The position numbers and the translations under genes were made by a program. A stretch of 63,889 nt of DNA, the filler included, from Xylographa opegraphella (taxonomy: Eukaryota), in assembly GCA_022813865.1 (NCBI GenBank). It is 4 parts of 4 records of this genome, joined end to end, with 100 filler letters (N's around TTAATTAATTAA, not from the genome) between each part and the next. Parts side by side here need not be neighbours in the genome. Positions count along the whole stretch, not along the records: positions 19,409 to 37,579 come from JALDZX010000144.1; 3 more parts are not named here. The stretch is one strand, 5' to 3'. Shown one piece after another: positions 22,360 through 34,552 of this stretch. The notes under the pieces are model-generated. The model saw only the letters and a list, made by a program, of their open reading frames with translations, was not told where the DNA came from and made no database searches. Each line of letters opens with the position of its first letter. The first letter of the stretch is position 1.

Positions 22360-25025
22360 ACTGTGAGATGTGGCGAGTAATGAATGTGGAGGTTTTGTTA
22401 GCAGAGCTCGGTATGATTAAGGTATGAAGCAAGAGGGGTGTGAACAGTGTTGAAAAGAAGACGAGGAGCCCAGTGAATGCACATGAGCACTTCACTACGG
22501 AGTATTCGCATTCTTAAATAAGCCTCTTGTCGTTAAAGGGGCTTAGACACAAAGCCCGCGACAAGCATAGCAGCAGCGTTACCACCAATAAATGCAGCCT
22601 TACCACGCAGCTCCATGGCGGTATCCTGGAGACGAATGAAGGACAAGTATTTGACATGCGACTGTTGCACCGCGCGGACTAGACATGACTGCGCCCAGGC
22701 CCGAAGTCTCAGCTGCGGAAAGGTACAAGGGTACCACAAATGATATTGGTTCCATAATATCCCTGCGAGCTTCCTGCTGGTCGTCTTCGTGTCGCGAAGC
22801 CTCTTGCACTTAAAATTATCGGGCATAATCCATCCGCCTTGTGTGGAAATTACTATGTGATAATGCTGAGGCCTGGAAACGCGGAGCACGCCATGGCCTG
22901 TCGGCTGCGCTCACAGATCGCCCCCTTTACATGAATCCGTCAGGCTGTAAAACGGAGACACACAATCGAATTCGAGATATCCGATCAGACTGACCCATCT
23001 GTTGCCAGCGAGATCAGGTAAGGTAGTGTAGCGTTTTGGTCTTAATATAGCAAATGTCAGTAGGGTCAGCCATCTTGGCAATGCACTAATTCCGGTCGGG
23101 TCTAGCCTTTCATCACTGGATGCGAATGAGCCAATCACGGCACACCACAGTTTCTGGGCAAGCGCTTTGCTGAGCGGAGCCGCTTGGTGCGCCATAACGA
23201 ACAGTCACCAAGTCCGAAGGCGTAAACGGACACCCACTCAGTATCTTGGCTGGAACTCTCTACATCAAGTCCAAATACGGAGACTCTTGTTGCAGAGATC
23301 ACAATAGAACGGACATGTGTTAAGGTGATACGAATGGAGCTATCTACTGAAAATCAGATTGGGTTCTATAATGTTACTACTTCATCTACCCAGAGTGTGT
23401 GAATATAGATTATTCGACTCCATGGTTGATCTTCAAAGATCAGCTCGTGATATGTCATCGACTTGTATGGCCACGTAGTTCCCCGCAGCGTTTTGGCCAA
23501 GGGACTCGTGGTAGATAGGGTATGCTTGGATACTCACCGGGTCCACGTATGCCAGGTAGGGTGCATGAGTATGCTCCCAGAATTCAATGTGTTTTCTAGC
23601 CTTCACAGGCTCGGGCAATCGAATCCGTTGCATGCAGAACCGAATATGAGAAGACGAAACGCAGTAAAGTGCTACATGCATAGGAAACTGTCGATACTCA
23701 CCCATAAGTCAGAGCTTAGGTCAACCAAGTCTATAACCTATAGGTTAGTCCCATATGATTCAACATCGTCGATTCAATGATATACATCAATGGTATTTTA
23801 CAGAAGCCCTTCTTTCTAGTATTCAAGAATCTTTGATTCTCATCGTATATAGAAGTCTCGCTCTTAAAACATAAACAGTATTGAAACTGTTAACCTGGAT
23901 ATCAGACAAATAACGAAGAACTAGTATCGACACAAATACGCACGTACACCAAGGTTAAGACTCAGAACTGTATACGCAGTTAGAGCTCGTTCCTGTAACG
24001 ATCAGCAACTCACAAACTCATAGTTGCTTGACAATCACGACACATTGAGCAAAAATAGGATTCCTGACTCAATCTAAGGTCCTAGCTGCATATACCAGTT
24101 GCGATTATTAGCGTCCAAATGCAGTTCCACTCCACCGGGATATCCATTCTCAAACGAAGGTGGAAGGACATCTGAGAGCCACGCCACCGGGCTTGCTGCC
24201 CAGAGTAGTATCACGGCAGCAAAATCATGACACCAAATCACGTAAAGCAGGATATCATTGATGTTTGAAACTTGAGCCTCATTAAATGTATCAATGTTGT
24301 CCCTACATGGTTTTTGACAAACAACAGTGGAATTTTGTATTTTCTCGACCCCCTTCAGTACTTTTGTCTGGACTTATATTGCCGGAGGTATGGAGTATCC
24401 TCAGTAACAGTTGTCATACTTTCAAGCTCCCACCAGCATAGTTTTCTTTGCTCAGCTTGTAAGCTCGTTTAGTACGGAGAATTTGCGAGCGGCGTAAATC
24501 ATCTCAAAGCCGGTCAAGGTTGGATTCGCGGCGGAGGCATGTATTGAGATTGCTATCACTGTATATCTGCGATAATGCTTCCACTGATGAGGGCATTGGA
24601 TGACGCTTTCCTCCGGGATGAGAAATGTGATCCAGTAATGGAATGCTTGCGTAAAAGCATTATGCTTTTCGGTTATTCTACAACATAACCCATTGGGCTA
24701 GTAACCCTAAAACCAGACCCGAAACCAGACCCGACATCATCATGGACTACCTATTGAATGGACTACCCTCCATATTTATCTGCCTTCCCATTTCTCATCA
24801 ATAGCGTTGCCTAAGCTGATGTGGCTACGGCTGAAAAATGGAGCCGGTCTTTTAGGTCCTACTCAGCCGTGAGCGGCTGAGAGCCCGTGCGTTATCTTAT
24901 GGTCTATCTTCGTACTGCTATGTCCCTCGCACATAATAATCTTCATTTTTCACGCTGTTCATTATCTCTGTTTCCAATTATTATTACCTTGACATAGCTG
25001 TCATCTTTATCCGCTCAAAGCGAAG

Positions 25026-26038
25026 ATGCCTTTCCATGCGCTGTTGTTGACCCTCTTTGGCTTTCTAGCCACGAGAATCGTGTGCAGCACGAGTGGAACC
25101 AGCTACCAGTCAATCTTGGTACCTGGGTCAGTCACGGGTGGGAGTACGACGGAACACATCATCCACAGTAACGGCAAGGCTCGACACTATCTTCTGCATC
25201 TCCCTGTACAGTATGATGCCAACCAGCCAGCGCCATTGATCCTGTCTTTTCATGGCAATAATCACAACGCCCACTATCAAGAAAGTCTGTCCCAGTTCTC
25301 GGATAAATCGTTCAACGTAAATTCTATCGCAGTGTATCCCCAAGGGCTCAACGTGAGTGATCACACCGATAGTGAGATCGAGGTTCAGCTAAAACCCATT
25401 AGGATTCCTGGGAGTCGGCGCCGTATGCTGTCGCCGATTCTAGAGACTTCGATTTCATATCCGCTCTCCTCGATCTTCTCCAGTCCACGTACAATATTGA
25501 CGTTACTCGTGTCTACGCAACAGGCATGTCTAACGGAGGGGGCTTCGTTGGGGCGCTTGCATGCAATAGTAAACTCTCTGGCCGAATAGCCGCTTTCGCA
25601 CCTGTTTCGGGGGCATTCTACGAGCAGCTGGGCAGCACGACGCCCCTCGTTGGTCCTTGCGAGCCGAACATAAATCGGTCCTCGATTCCCATATTGGAGT
25701 TTCATGGTCAGGATGACAATATAATCAAATACAACGGACAAAGGAACCGTGAGGGAGCCACAATACCCACCATCCCGTCTTGGCTGGAAGGGTGGGCTGT
25801 GAGAAATGGTTGCGCAAATGGCACAAATGGCCATGTCGAGAACCTGCATGGTGGCAAAGTAAACAAGACATCCTGGAGTTGTAACTCACACCAGAACGTT
25901 GTGACGGGGTACAAAATTGCAGGGTGGGCCCACTGGTGGCCAACTACGGAGAGGAGCGATAAGACGAAAGATCATCTCACGGTATTGAACGCCACTACAC
26001 TCATCATGGATTTCTTCGGTAAACATGCTTTGGATTGA
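25026..26038 (+). CDS. Secreted alpha/beta-hydrolase, feruloyl-esterase-C/CE1 (LpqC-like) family; exons 25026-25352, 25403-26038
   Basis: Hydrophobic signal peptide; R.YLLHLP..YD...PAPLILSFHG; AVYPQG; nucleophile elbow RVYATGMSNGGG; FHGQDDNII (Asp); GWAHWWP (His). Confidence 0.88.
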
Positions 26039-26173
26039 AAAGCGCGCTAGCAATGGTCAAACTTAAGTCCGATAACACCGAACAAGAACCACACATATCA
26101 TCATATACGAATGTAGGAGTTCATATTTGACCCAAACCTTTATATCAATTCTACCGTGACCCATATATTGCCG

Positions 26174-28913
26174 TTAGTATAGATCCCCATTATTGTACCC
26201 ATATGAGTTGCTTCCGAACCCCATATAGCCCATTCCGTTGCTACTATTTGGAGGAGGATTCTCGAAGCCAGCGATCCCATTCATCCCGGAACCAACTCCA
26301 TTGCCCATTATCATCGAGCCGGATTCAGTTTTCGGCCAATTGTCGAACAAGGTCGACTGGTCTTTCAGCCACCAATCCCGACTTTCCTCCAGCAGCGAGT
26401 CCACTCCTCCAAACAAAGCAGACGGCGATGCGTGAGCCTGCGGTGACGCTGCAGCAGCGTTTGGTCCATTACTCCACTGTACTTGCGGTAGGTTTGGCGA
26501 TATGAATTGCTGCTGCTGAGATCCGGTATTGTATGACATAGGCTTAGCCAACGGTGTAGTTGCTGCTTGAGGGATGTGGTTTGGAACATTTGTCGGTGAA
26601 GAGTGACTTGGTATCTTATCGAGACCATTGACTTCGTAAGGAGAAGTGGCGAACATTGTCTCTTGCTTCGGCACCAGAGGAACAGGAGACCTTTGAAGAA
26701 TTGTCGTCGGAGAAATCATACCAGAAACCGGCGATGAAGAATCTGAGACTTTAACGAAGCCAAACTTAGCATCCGTCCTGGTGAGAACCTCGGCGGCCTC
26801 CTCTGGAAGTTCAGTTTTCCATTTTCGAACCTGAACACTAAGGATACCCAAGGTTCTTCGAGCACAAAGCCAGCCTTCAGCAATTTCTTCAAGTTGTTTA
26901 ACTCCGTGAATAATGTCCCGACGAGCATTCTTTTCAGGTAGGTTCAAAAGATGTATGGTGCATGCCGAGTGTGCGATGTACACTGCAATATTACATATCT
27001 GGCGCAGACCATAGGTTCTTTTGTACAACCGAAGTAGTTTGGATATAGTCGCCGCTGCATGAGTACACATTTTCCGCGGTGACACATGAGCTGGCAAGGG
27101 GGAGTTTGCTTGACTGTATTTCAAGAATGGCCTAAAGAGGTGTATGTAAAGTAGTTGAAAAAACATGCTAGAAAATAATCAGTCTGCAGCCGGTCCACAA
27201 TAAGATATCCGAATGACTCACTGCATCACAAGTATATTTGGCAACTGGCCCTCTTTTGGCTCCATCTCCTTTGGTAGATCCTTTCGCCATGCCTCAAGTC
27301 GCGTATGCAGATCGCTGAGCTTCTTCAGCTCTGCCTGTTTTCCAAGAGGTTTTTCTACGTGGGTAGGGTTGTAGAAGTTGGTAAGAAGATCACTACTGAT
27401 CTCACACAGTGATGATATCTGAAGAGCCACAGCTCTCGTTCGCGAAGGTTGTGTGTGTGTTTGACTCAATCCGGAGTCCGTCCATGGTGACCACATCTCC
27501 GCGTCCTCCATGGGAAAAACGTCAAATTTTGGCGACGTTATATTGGACAAATGGAACATGGGTGCACGCCCAAGGTAATTTGACCAGCATCTAGAGACTG
27601 TTAGTTTTTTTTACTGTCATGTTTACACCGATACATACTTGTCGAACAAGAAACATCCCCAGAAAGTGATACGACGAGCGTCGATTTCTTTTTCATCGAG
27701 ACTGCTGGTACCGGAGTCGACATCCAGTCCAAGATCGCAGGCCATCCTAAAACTCATTCCACTGTAGACCCAGCCCTTGGCTTCTCGTCCGCACCCAGCC
27801 TCGCGGACAGACATCAACGCAAGCGCCTGTACAGTTGGCAATCGTGGCTTTTCATGCTCATCATGCTCCATTATCAGCCGCTTGGCTTCGCGGAAGAAGT
27901 GATCTCCGGCAGTTGCAGAATCTCGTGGGTCTGATCTCGCCGCCGGCCAGGAGGTGAAGTGACATCCAAGTGCTAGCATAGCATTGACTAGCAGCGGCGT
28001 ACAATATTCATTCTTCAGTTTTGAGGTCTCAGGTTGCTTGCCCAGAAAGAAGTCTCGAAAGAACAGCGATCTGGAAAGGGTCGTGAAATATGTATAGTGC
28101 CATGTGGTGTACATGTTCATAAGATGAACTATGAGCTCAGCGTCCGTGGTTACAGTGGTCCACGAAGTTATGGGATCCTCCTGCTGTTGTGAAAGATCCA
28201 CGGTTATTGTGACCGGATTCGTATCTTCGCAGGATATTTCCGAATCCAAATAGATTAAATTGGAAGTACCTCCAACAAATTGCACCGAGCCATTCTCTAA
28301 TCGTAGCTCACCTATTTTGCCGGATAACTCCGTCTCGAACCTGGGCACAGCTGGTAGGCCTGTGCTGGCAGGCGAGGAACCAATCTCGTCGGCATCCTCC
28401 TCAATGGGAACATCTCGAGCCAGAATCCCTTCTGCGACATCATCCAGACTTTCGCATGTTCTGATGTCCTTGATCAACGCCGGGACCTCGTGCTCAGGAT
28501 AATTGAGAATTGCCTCTACCAGAGTCTGTAGGGTAGAGTTGCGTGTTTTGAGGCTGTCGATATCCTTCTTGTAAACACCTTTACGGCGATGGTCCGAGTT
28601 GGGATCGTAGATACATTCGGTGCCATATACCGATGCACAGGCAGCGCAACTTGGAGTATTTCCATCGCACTGTAACGGATTGATCTTTTAGCTCTGTCAT
28701 GCACACCAAGTATCACGATCCGCAACTAACCTTGGATTTCCTCCTGCGGCATGCGATGCACGCCGTGCTCACACAGCGTCGCTTCGTCGCAAAGGCATCT
28801 TTGTCTTTGGTCCTCGACTTGGCCTTTTGAGCCTTCGACGACGACTGAGCAGCACTGGTCGTGTGGGTGGATTCAACGACAGGAATCCCATTGATCAGCG
28901 GTGTTTCAGCCAT
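26174..28913 (-). CDS. nirA: Nitrate-assimilation Zn2Cys6 transcription factor NirA/NIT-4, 4 exons
   Basis: KRRCVSTACIACRRRKSK|CDGNTPSCAACASVYGTECIYDPNSDHRRKGVYK is the NirA cluster; Fungal_trans domain REAGCGREAKGWVYSGMSFRMACDLGL; LYKRTYGLRQICNIAVYIAHSACTIH; C-terminal DWWLKDQ. Confidence 0.93.
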
Positions 28914-29600
28914 GACCGTGGACGAGGGTTCTCCCCTCCCTGGTAGCCGGTCACAGCTCCTCGGAGATGTCAAGTCTTGGGGTAGGACCTAGGTACACTT
29001 GCTGACCAACGGAAACCACGCTCTGGGTCGCTTTACCACGTGCAGGATCAGGCGCTCGGAGCGTCCGACCTGATGCCGGCAATGAAAATAACAAAGATCA
29101 AGATTCTGAGACCGAAAGCTTTGGCCGTTTGGCTTCGTCGAGCAAGTGGATTGTTGTTTTGCTCCGGTGGGAGATCAATTAGTGTATCGCCGTCCCCGAG
29201 CAGAACACCTACCATAACTCCAGGGTCAAGAACAGGCGAGTGGTATCGAAGGCATCATGTTCTCGCTGTATTGCCTGCTAAAGTGATTGTGCTTACGACG
29301 GGACCTGATTGGTTGACTTCGAGACTCCATCTCGAGGATCGTTGCGGACTTTACGGAGCTAGTGGCGGATAAAGGATAAGGTACTTCAGCATGCGCGATA
29401 AGACGCTTGGCGACGTGTTTGTGCGATATTTCACACAGTCGTGAGACACCTCAGTTACCGCACGCCTTCTCACAGCTGTCCCCGACGGCACGTCAATCAC
29501 AGCTCTGCCGGTTCTTGAATCCAACGTCTGGCCGGTGCATTCAGCAGCGACGGACTTGTTTGATCGAGATCACTTATGAGAGACAGATTTGCCTCAACCC

Positions 29601-32600
29601 ATGATGGATGCTTCAGATGACAAGGACGTTGTCCTTCAAAAGGCTGCTTCCGATCTGCTGGATCAACTCAAGTCCTCGCTACCGCACTTTCTGTGGCATC
29701 ATAAGCCTCGAGACTGCGAACTCTCGGAGCAAACAAAGCATACTCGGAACATTGTGAGGACGTCTACCACATTAGCCTTGATCAAGCTTGTAGGCCACAG
29801 TACTCCCGTGCCGCAACAACATACACTGATGCGTAGGATGTGGCTAGTTGGAACCTTTTCAGGAGTGGCCACAGCTCTTGGACCCCGAGTTGAGTGTAAT
29901 GCTCACGCCTCTTGTGGAGACCCTCGCCGCCTCATTGTTTCTTCCTTCGTTCAAGTACTACGCATGCCCACCCCAGCTCTCGTCTGTTACTATACCATTA
30001 CCCAGGGCTATCTGCAAGCTTCTCTATACTCTGTGCAAGATTAGAGGTTCTAAAGTCATCAGTCGTTTCTTCCTGAATGAGCCAAAGTATATCGAACTTT
30101 TGTTAAATGCTATACATACTCGTAGTCAATCCCGGGCTCTGAAACATATGTCAGGCCTGCACTCTCGCTCACGAATCACTTGGGAAGAAAATTATATCAT
30201 ACTGCTTTGGCTTTCACACCTCACGATTACACCATTTGACTTATCGTCCGTGGGGTCTACAGCTGCTATGGAAGAAGATTCCATACCATTATATTTCATG
30301 CTTGATGTCGAAATACCCTCTATTGCTCAGCGATTATTAAGACTGGGACTTAAATATGTCACATCCGCCGCCAAAGAACGTGAGGCGGCCGTGACTCTAT
30401 TGGTACGTCTAGTTTTACGACCTGATATGGTTCGGGCCGGCTTGTTAGGAACGCTTGTGAAGTGGAGTGTTGAGACTCTGCAAGGCCAATCGTCTTCTCC
30501 TTCACTGTCCATTTACCCAATCATCGGAATTCTCTCTTTCCTTGCAAATGCCGTCAATCTAGCAGATACACCAATTATTGCACCGTTTCTATCACCAATC
30601 TTCCATTGCATGCAACAAATCAATGCTGTTGCCACACCATTACAAAGTATTATAGTATCATCCGCTATTGCTCGCAAAGTCATTGTCAAAGTGCTTCGTG
30701 CAGTATCCGTGAAATCACTACAGCTTAATGCATTGCCATCACCAAAGCCATCTGGTGTAGTTGAGGTTGTTATAGAGGACGTTATCCAGCAGCTTCTATC
30801 CTGGCTCGCCGATAAGGATACGCCTGTGAGATTCGCCGCGAGTAAAGCACTGAGTGTCATTACGCAGCATTTGCCTTCTTCAATGGCAAGTGAAGTTGTT
30901 GAAGCAATAACTACAGCTTTGGAGGAGAACATACTATGGACAGAGGTCGAACTAAACCAGGCTCAACAGCCGAGACGCAAAGAAGCACAGCGAGACCTTT
31001 CAACCGTCGATGCATTGGAATGGCAGGGTCTTATCCTAACTTTATCGCACCTATTGTTTCGGCAGTGTCCCTCCCCAGAACAGCTTCCTACAGTCCTCGA
31101 CGCCCTAACCATGGCTCTCAATTTCGAGCAGAGGACATCATCCGGGAGCTCAACAGGTACAAGCGTTCGGGATGCCGCTTGTTTCGGCATTTGGTCACTT
31201 GCACGAAGATACAGTACGGATCAATTGTTGGCAATGGATATATCTGCAACCAAGATGAGTTCGTCGGAGGGCGTGTCTGTGTCCGTGCTCCAAGCTGTGG
31301 CTGACGAACTTGTGGCCGCGTCAATAGCCGACCCATCAGGAAATATCCGAAGAGGGGCCTCAGCCGCACTACAGGAACTCATAGGTCGACATCCCGATAC
31401 AATCACTCAAGGCATAAACCTCGTGCAAGTAGTGGACTATCATGCAGTAGCTCTCAGGTCGAAAGCTCTTGAGGAAGTCTCAATAAGTGCAGCAAGAATT
31501 GACGAACACTACTGGCACGTGATCTTGAAAGCACTCATGAGCTGGAGAGCTATTGGGGCTACTGATGCTGAATCGCGAAGGTGTGCCAGTCAAGCTCTTA
31601 GTAGACTGTCAACAATACAAGATGCTCCTGGATTCCTCCTCGTACTGGCCAAGGTTTTAGATAACCTAAAACGACTAGAGGGTCGGCAAGTCGAGGGTCG
31701 GCATGGTCTGTTACTGGCAGCTGGTGCTGTAATACTTGAAGCACTGCATCCAAGCCTTACTGACTCCACAACTGAAATATCATTGGCCGTTTCAGAGTTC
31801 TGGAAGATCTTCGATCACATGACTTTGCTGGAAGACAAACACTTTTTATCATCGCTACTTCGCCCGTTTCTGACGGCGGAGGGCTGCAGCTCCTTGATCT
31901 CATCACTAGCGATGATCTCATGTAATCGTCTATACTCCTCGACCATCCAGCCATCGTCCAATACTATTATGAGATGTGCACATCTCATTGAATCGTCGCT
32001 CCGGCTTACACAGACCACTGTTGTGTCCAACACTTCAGAGGCCGCTCAATGGCTACTCCCGATGATCGATGAAGAGTATCAGGCAATCATTATACATAGG
32101 TGGATTGAAAAGCTCTCGAGGAAGAAGTTGTTGGCGATTCAGGGTTCCGAGAGTGTTTGCGGACAGTTAGCTGTTCTAGGGTCAATATATCATACATGCA
32201 CTCACGTTCCGGACCTACAAAAGCAGATCCTTGACTCGATACTAGGACTACTTGAGGACAAAGTAACTGATATCGAGTCAAAGGTTGCCTGTCTGGAAAG
32301 CTTGAGCAAAGGAATCATTCCAAGCAAAGGTATGTGTATTGCAAGCGTTAGACTTACACTAATGCCTTGGTAGTTTTCGATGCGCGGATGGAAGTTGTTA
32401 TTCTCAACTGTCTTCAAGATTACACTATTGATCAACGGGGCGACATCGGCTCCCTTGTTCGTTTCGAAGCAATCGTAACTGTCCATACGGTCCATAAACA
32501 TGGTATGCTTGTTACAACGAGGCAAAGGCAGGAACTTGTGGCGCGGGTATGCAGCTTGGCCGCAGAAAAGCTTGACAAAATTCGTTACCGTGCGTGGCAA

Positions 32601-33436
32601 TGCTTAAGCGACCTTTGCAATGACATTGATGATGTGGAACTGCCCCTTACGTGAGTATATGCGCCTCAATGAACCTGATTCCGTTAGACTGATCACAATC
32701 AGCTTTTCTGATGTAGGCCAAGTCACATCGGTGGCGTATTTCCTCCAGCTACTGTCTTTGTCATCTGTTCAATGGCTGCGCCGGCCATTACTTGAAGGCA
32801 TCGTCACGTCTGCTGGAGCTGGTTCGGAAAAAGTATTATTGGCATCCAGGGCGGCGATAGTACAGACCATGGAAGGAATACCGCAAGATGAGCGTTCCAT
32901 ACTTTGGGACTGTTTGCTGAGCATAATCCAGACAGAGGTTCAAAACGAGAGGCTCGTGGTTCCGGTGCTCGAGGTTCTTGGATTTCTTTTATCAACCAGT
33001 CTACATGGAAACACTGTCTCAAGCCTACTGGAGTGCGTTATAACTCGTCGTTGCTGACTATGATATGGCTAACCGCCAAAGTTGGCATAAAGTTTTCCTG
33101 CTAGTACAAAGATGCCATTTCAAGTCTGGCAACCTTCACAAAGTCAAGGCAGCGATCGACGTTTATGTTGGGCTTTCTAGGTGTTCAGTCATCCGGAAAG
33201 AAGCGCTGCTCAAGCTGAGTAATATGCTCCTACATCCTTCTGCGATTGTACACCCTCACCATCCCCGGTCCCGCAGCATATCCTGCTAACAATACTAGAT
33301 ACGCAATAAGGCTGCGGAATCACTGTTCGTAGTCACGACGAGCTCCAGCTTGGACTTGACAGTTTGGTCGCGTCCACCTGGCGAACTGAAAGCAAAGGTG
33401 CGGGAGCTTCAGGCAACTATTAGCTCCGCTCCATGA
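29601..33436 (+). CDS. Tubulin-specific chaperone D (cofactor D, Cin1/Alp1 family), multi-exon
   Basis: EPFQEWPQLLDP, LYTLCKIRG.K.I.RF, YIILLWLSHL...PFDL, DKDTPVRFAASK, VRDAACFGIWSLARRY, RRGASAALQELIGR, DYTIDQRGDIGSLVR, AEKLDKIR. Stop at 33434-33436. Confidence 0.92.
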
Positions 33437-34552
33437 AGAAAAATTGAAAAGCGCTGTGGGGCTTCCGAACCCTACCTGATGCTACGTTCCACACTGTTCG
33501 ACTATGCTGGTTGAAAGACTTCTCAGACTTAATCGTCGCAAGTAGGCAAGTAAAAATTCACACTATTGGTGATTATGCCACAGATATTGGTAACTGAAAA
33601 GAACGCTTTGGATCAATATAAAGAACATGCAGGCCCGTGAAGCTACAGTACTGGACGGAATGAGGAGGCTACCTACCATTCCCATAGAGCTTGTCATAAG
33701 GTGATTTTGTATTGCTGACATCATGCTAGTGTAATGTGAAGCTTTGGCAGGTTGGCTGTTCAATGTATCGCAATGTATAGCAGGAAGCCTCCTGTCCAGG
33801 TACAACATCGTCTACCACTGTAATGCTGGCCCCCACTCGGGTAAGGTAACCAGAATCGGCTCGTGACATGCGCCGCTAGAATATGTGACCTTTAACGAAG
33901 GATTGAAGACGCCAAGCTCAACTAAAATACGACTAAACTGCTGCGAGCAAGCGCGGTTCTGATACCAACGTACATCCCTGCAAGCAACGCCGTGAGACCA
34001 ACACGACTTTCGACATAGCCCACGTTAACAAGTATCTGTAGATTTACTCACCCGACAATCGAATGCTTACTGTGATCAGTTTTCATGTCAACATGTTCAT
34101 GCAGACAGGGCGCACTACCATCTACTAGATTCTTCAACGGGCCCTGACACTCCCGTTCCAGGCTTGTATTCGACGTGGAGTTCTGTACAACCAACATTAT
34201 ATACGTTGAAGGCACAGTACCAATGCCTGTAATGTCCAACATCGCACCAATCGAAGCCCACTCTGTTTTGCCCTTACTATTGGCCCTCTAAAACCTTCTT
34301 AGACATGACGCAGGCCGTTCTTTGGGCTAGTAGTCATGCTTGCTTACACTGCCATTGTGCGGCGTCTTATTGTATAAGACGTGTCCAATTTCTCGCTCTG
34401 TTCTGTTTCTGATCCTTTTCCAACCTATACCCTAGAATACACAAAGGATATACAAAGGGCTAATACCTTATTCTTAGCTTGATATCTTCAGAAACACGGA
34501 GTGCTCGTTGTGCATATCATTTTGTCTCAATTCCCTCCTTTACTGATGCAAA

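Noticed and set aside
24583..24630. CTGATGAG...GAAA hammerhead-like or C-box-like motif
   Set aside because: No stem II pairing and no flanking stems found.
28313..28315. NirA ATG>ATA change as RIP leakage
   Set aside because: The context fits TpG>TpA, but the site is about 9 kb from the nearest repeat and the gene shows no other sign of RIP.
29368..29401. Three GATAA sites in the nirA/cofactor D intergenic region as AreA sites
   Set aside because: Two are GGATAA, outside HGATAR, and similar GATAAG motifs occur in the SWD1/RPB1 spacer, so nitrogen specificity is unsupported.
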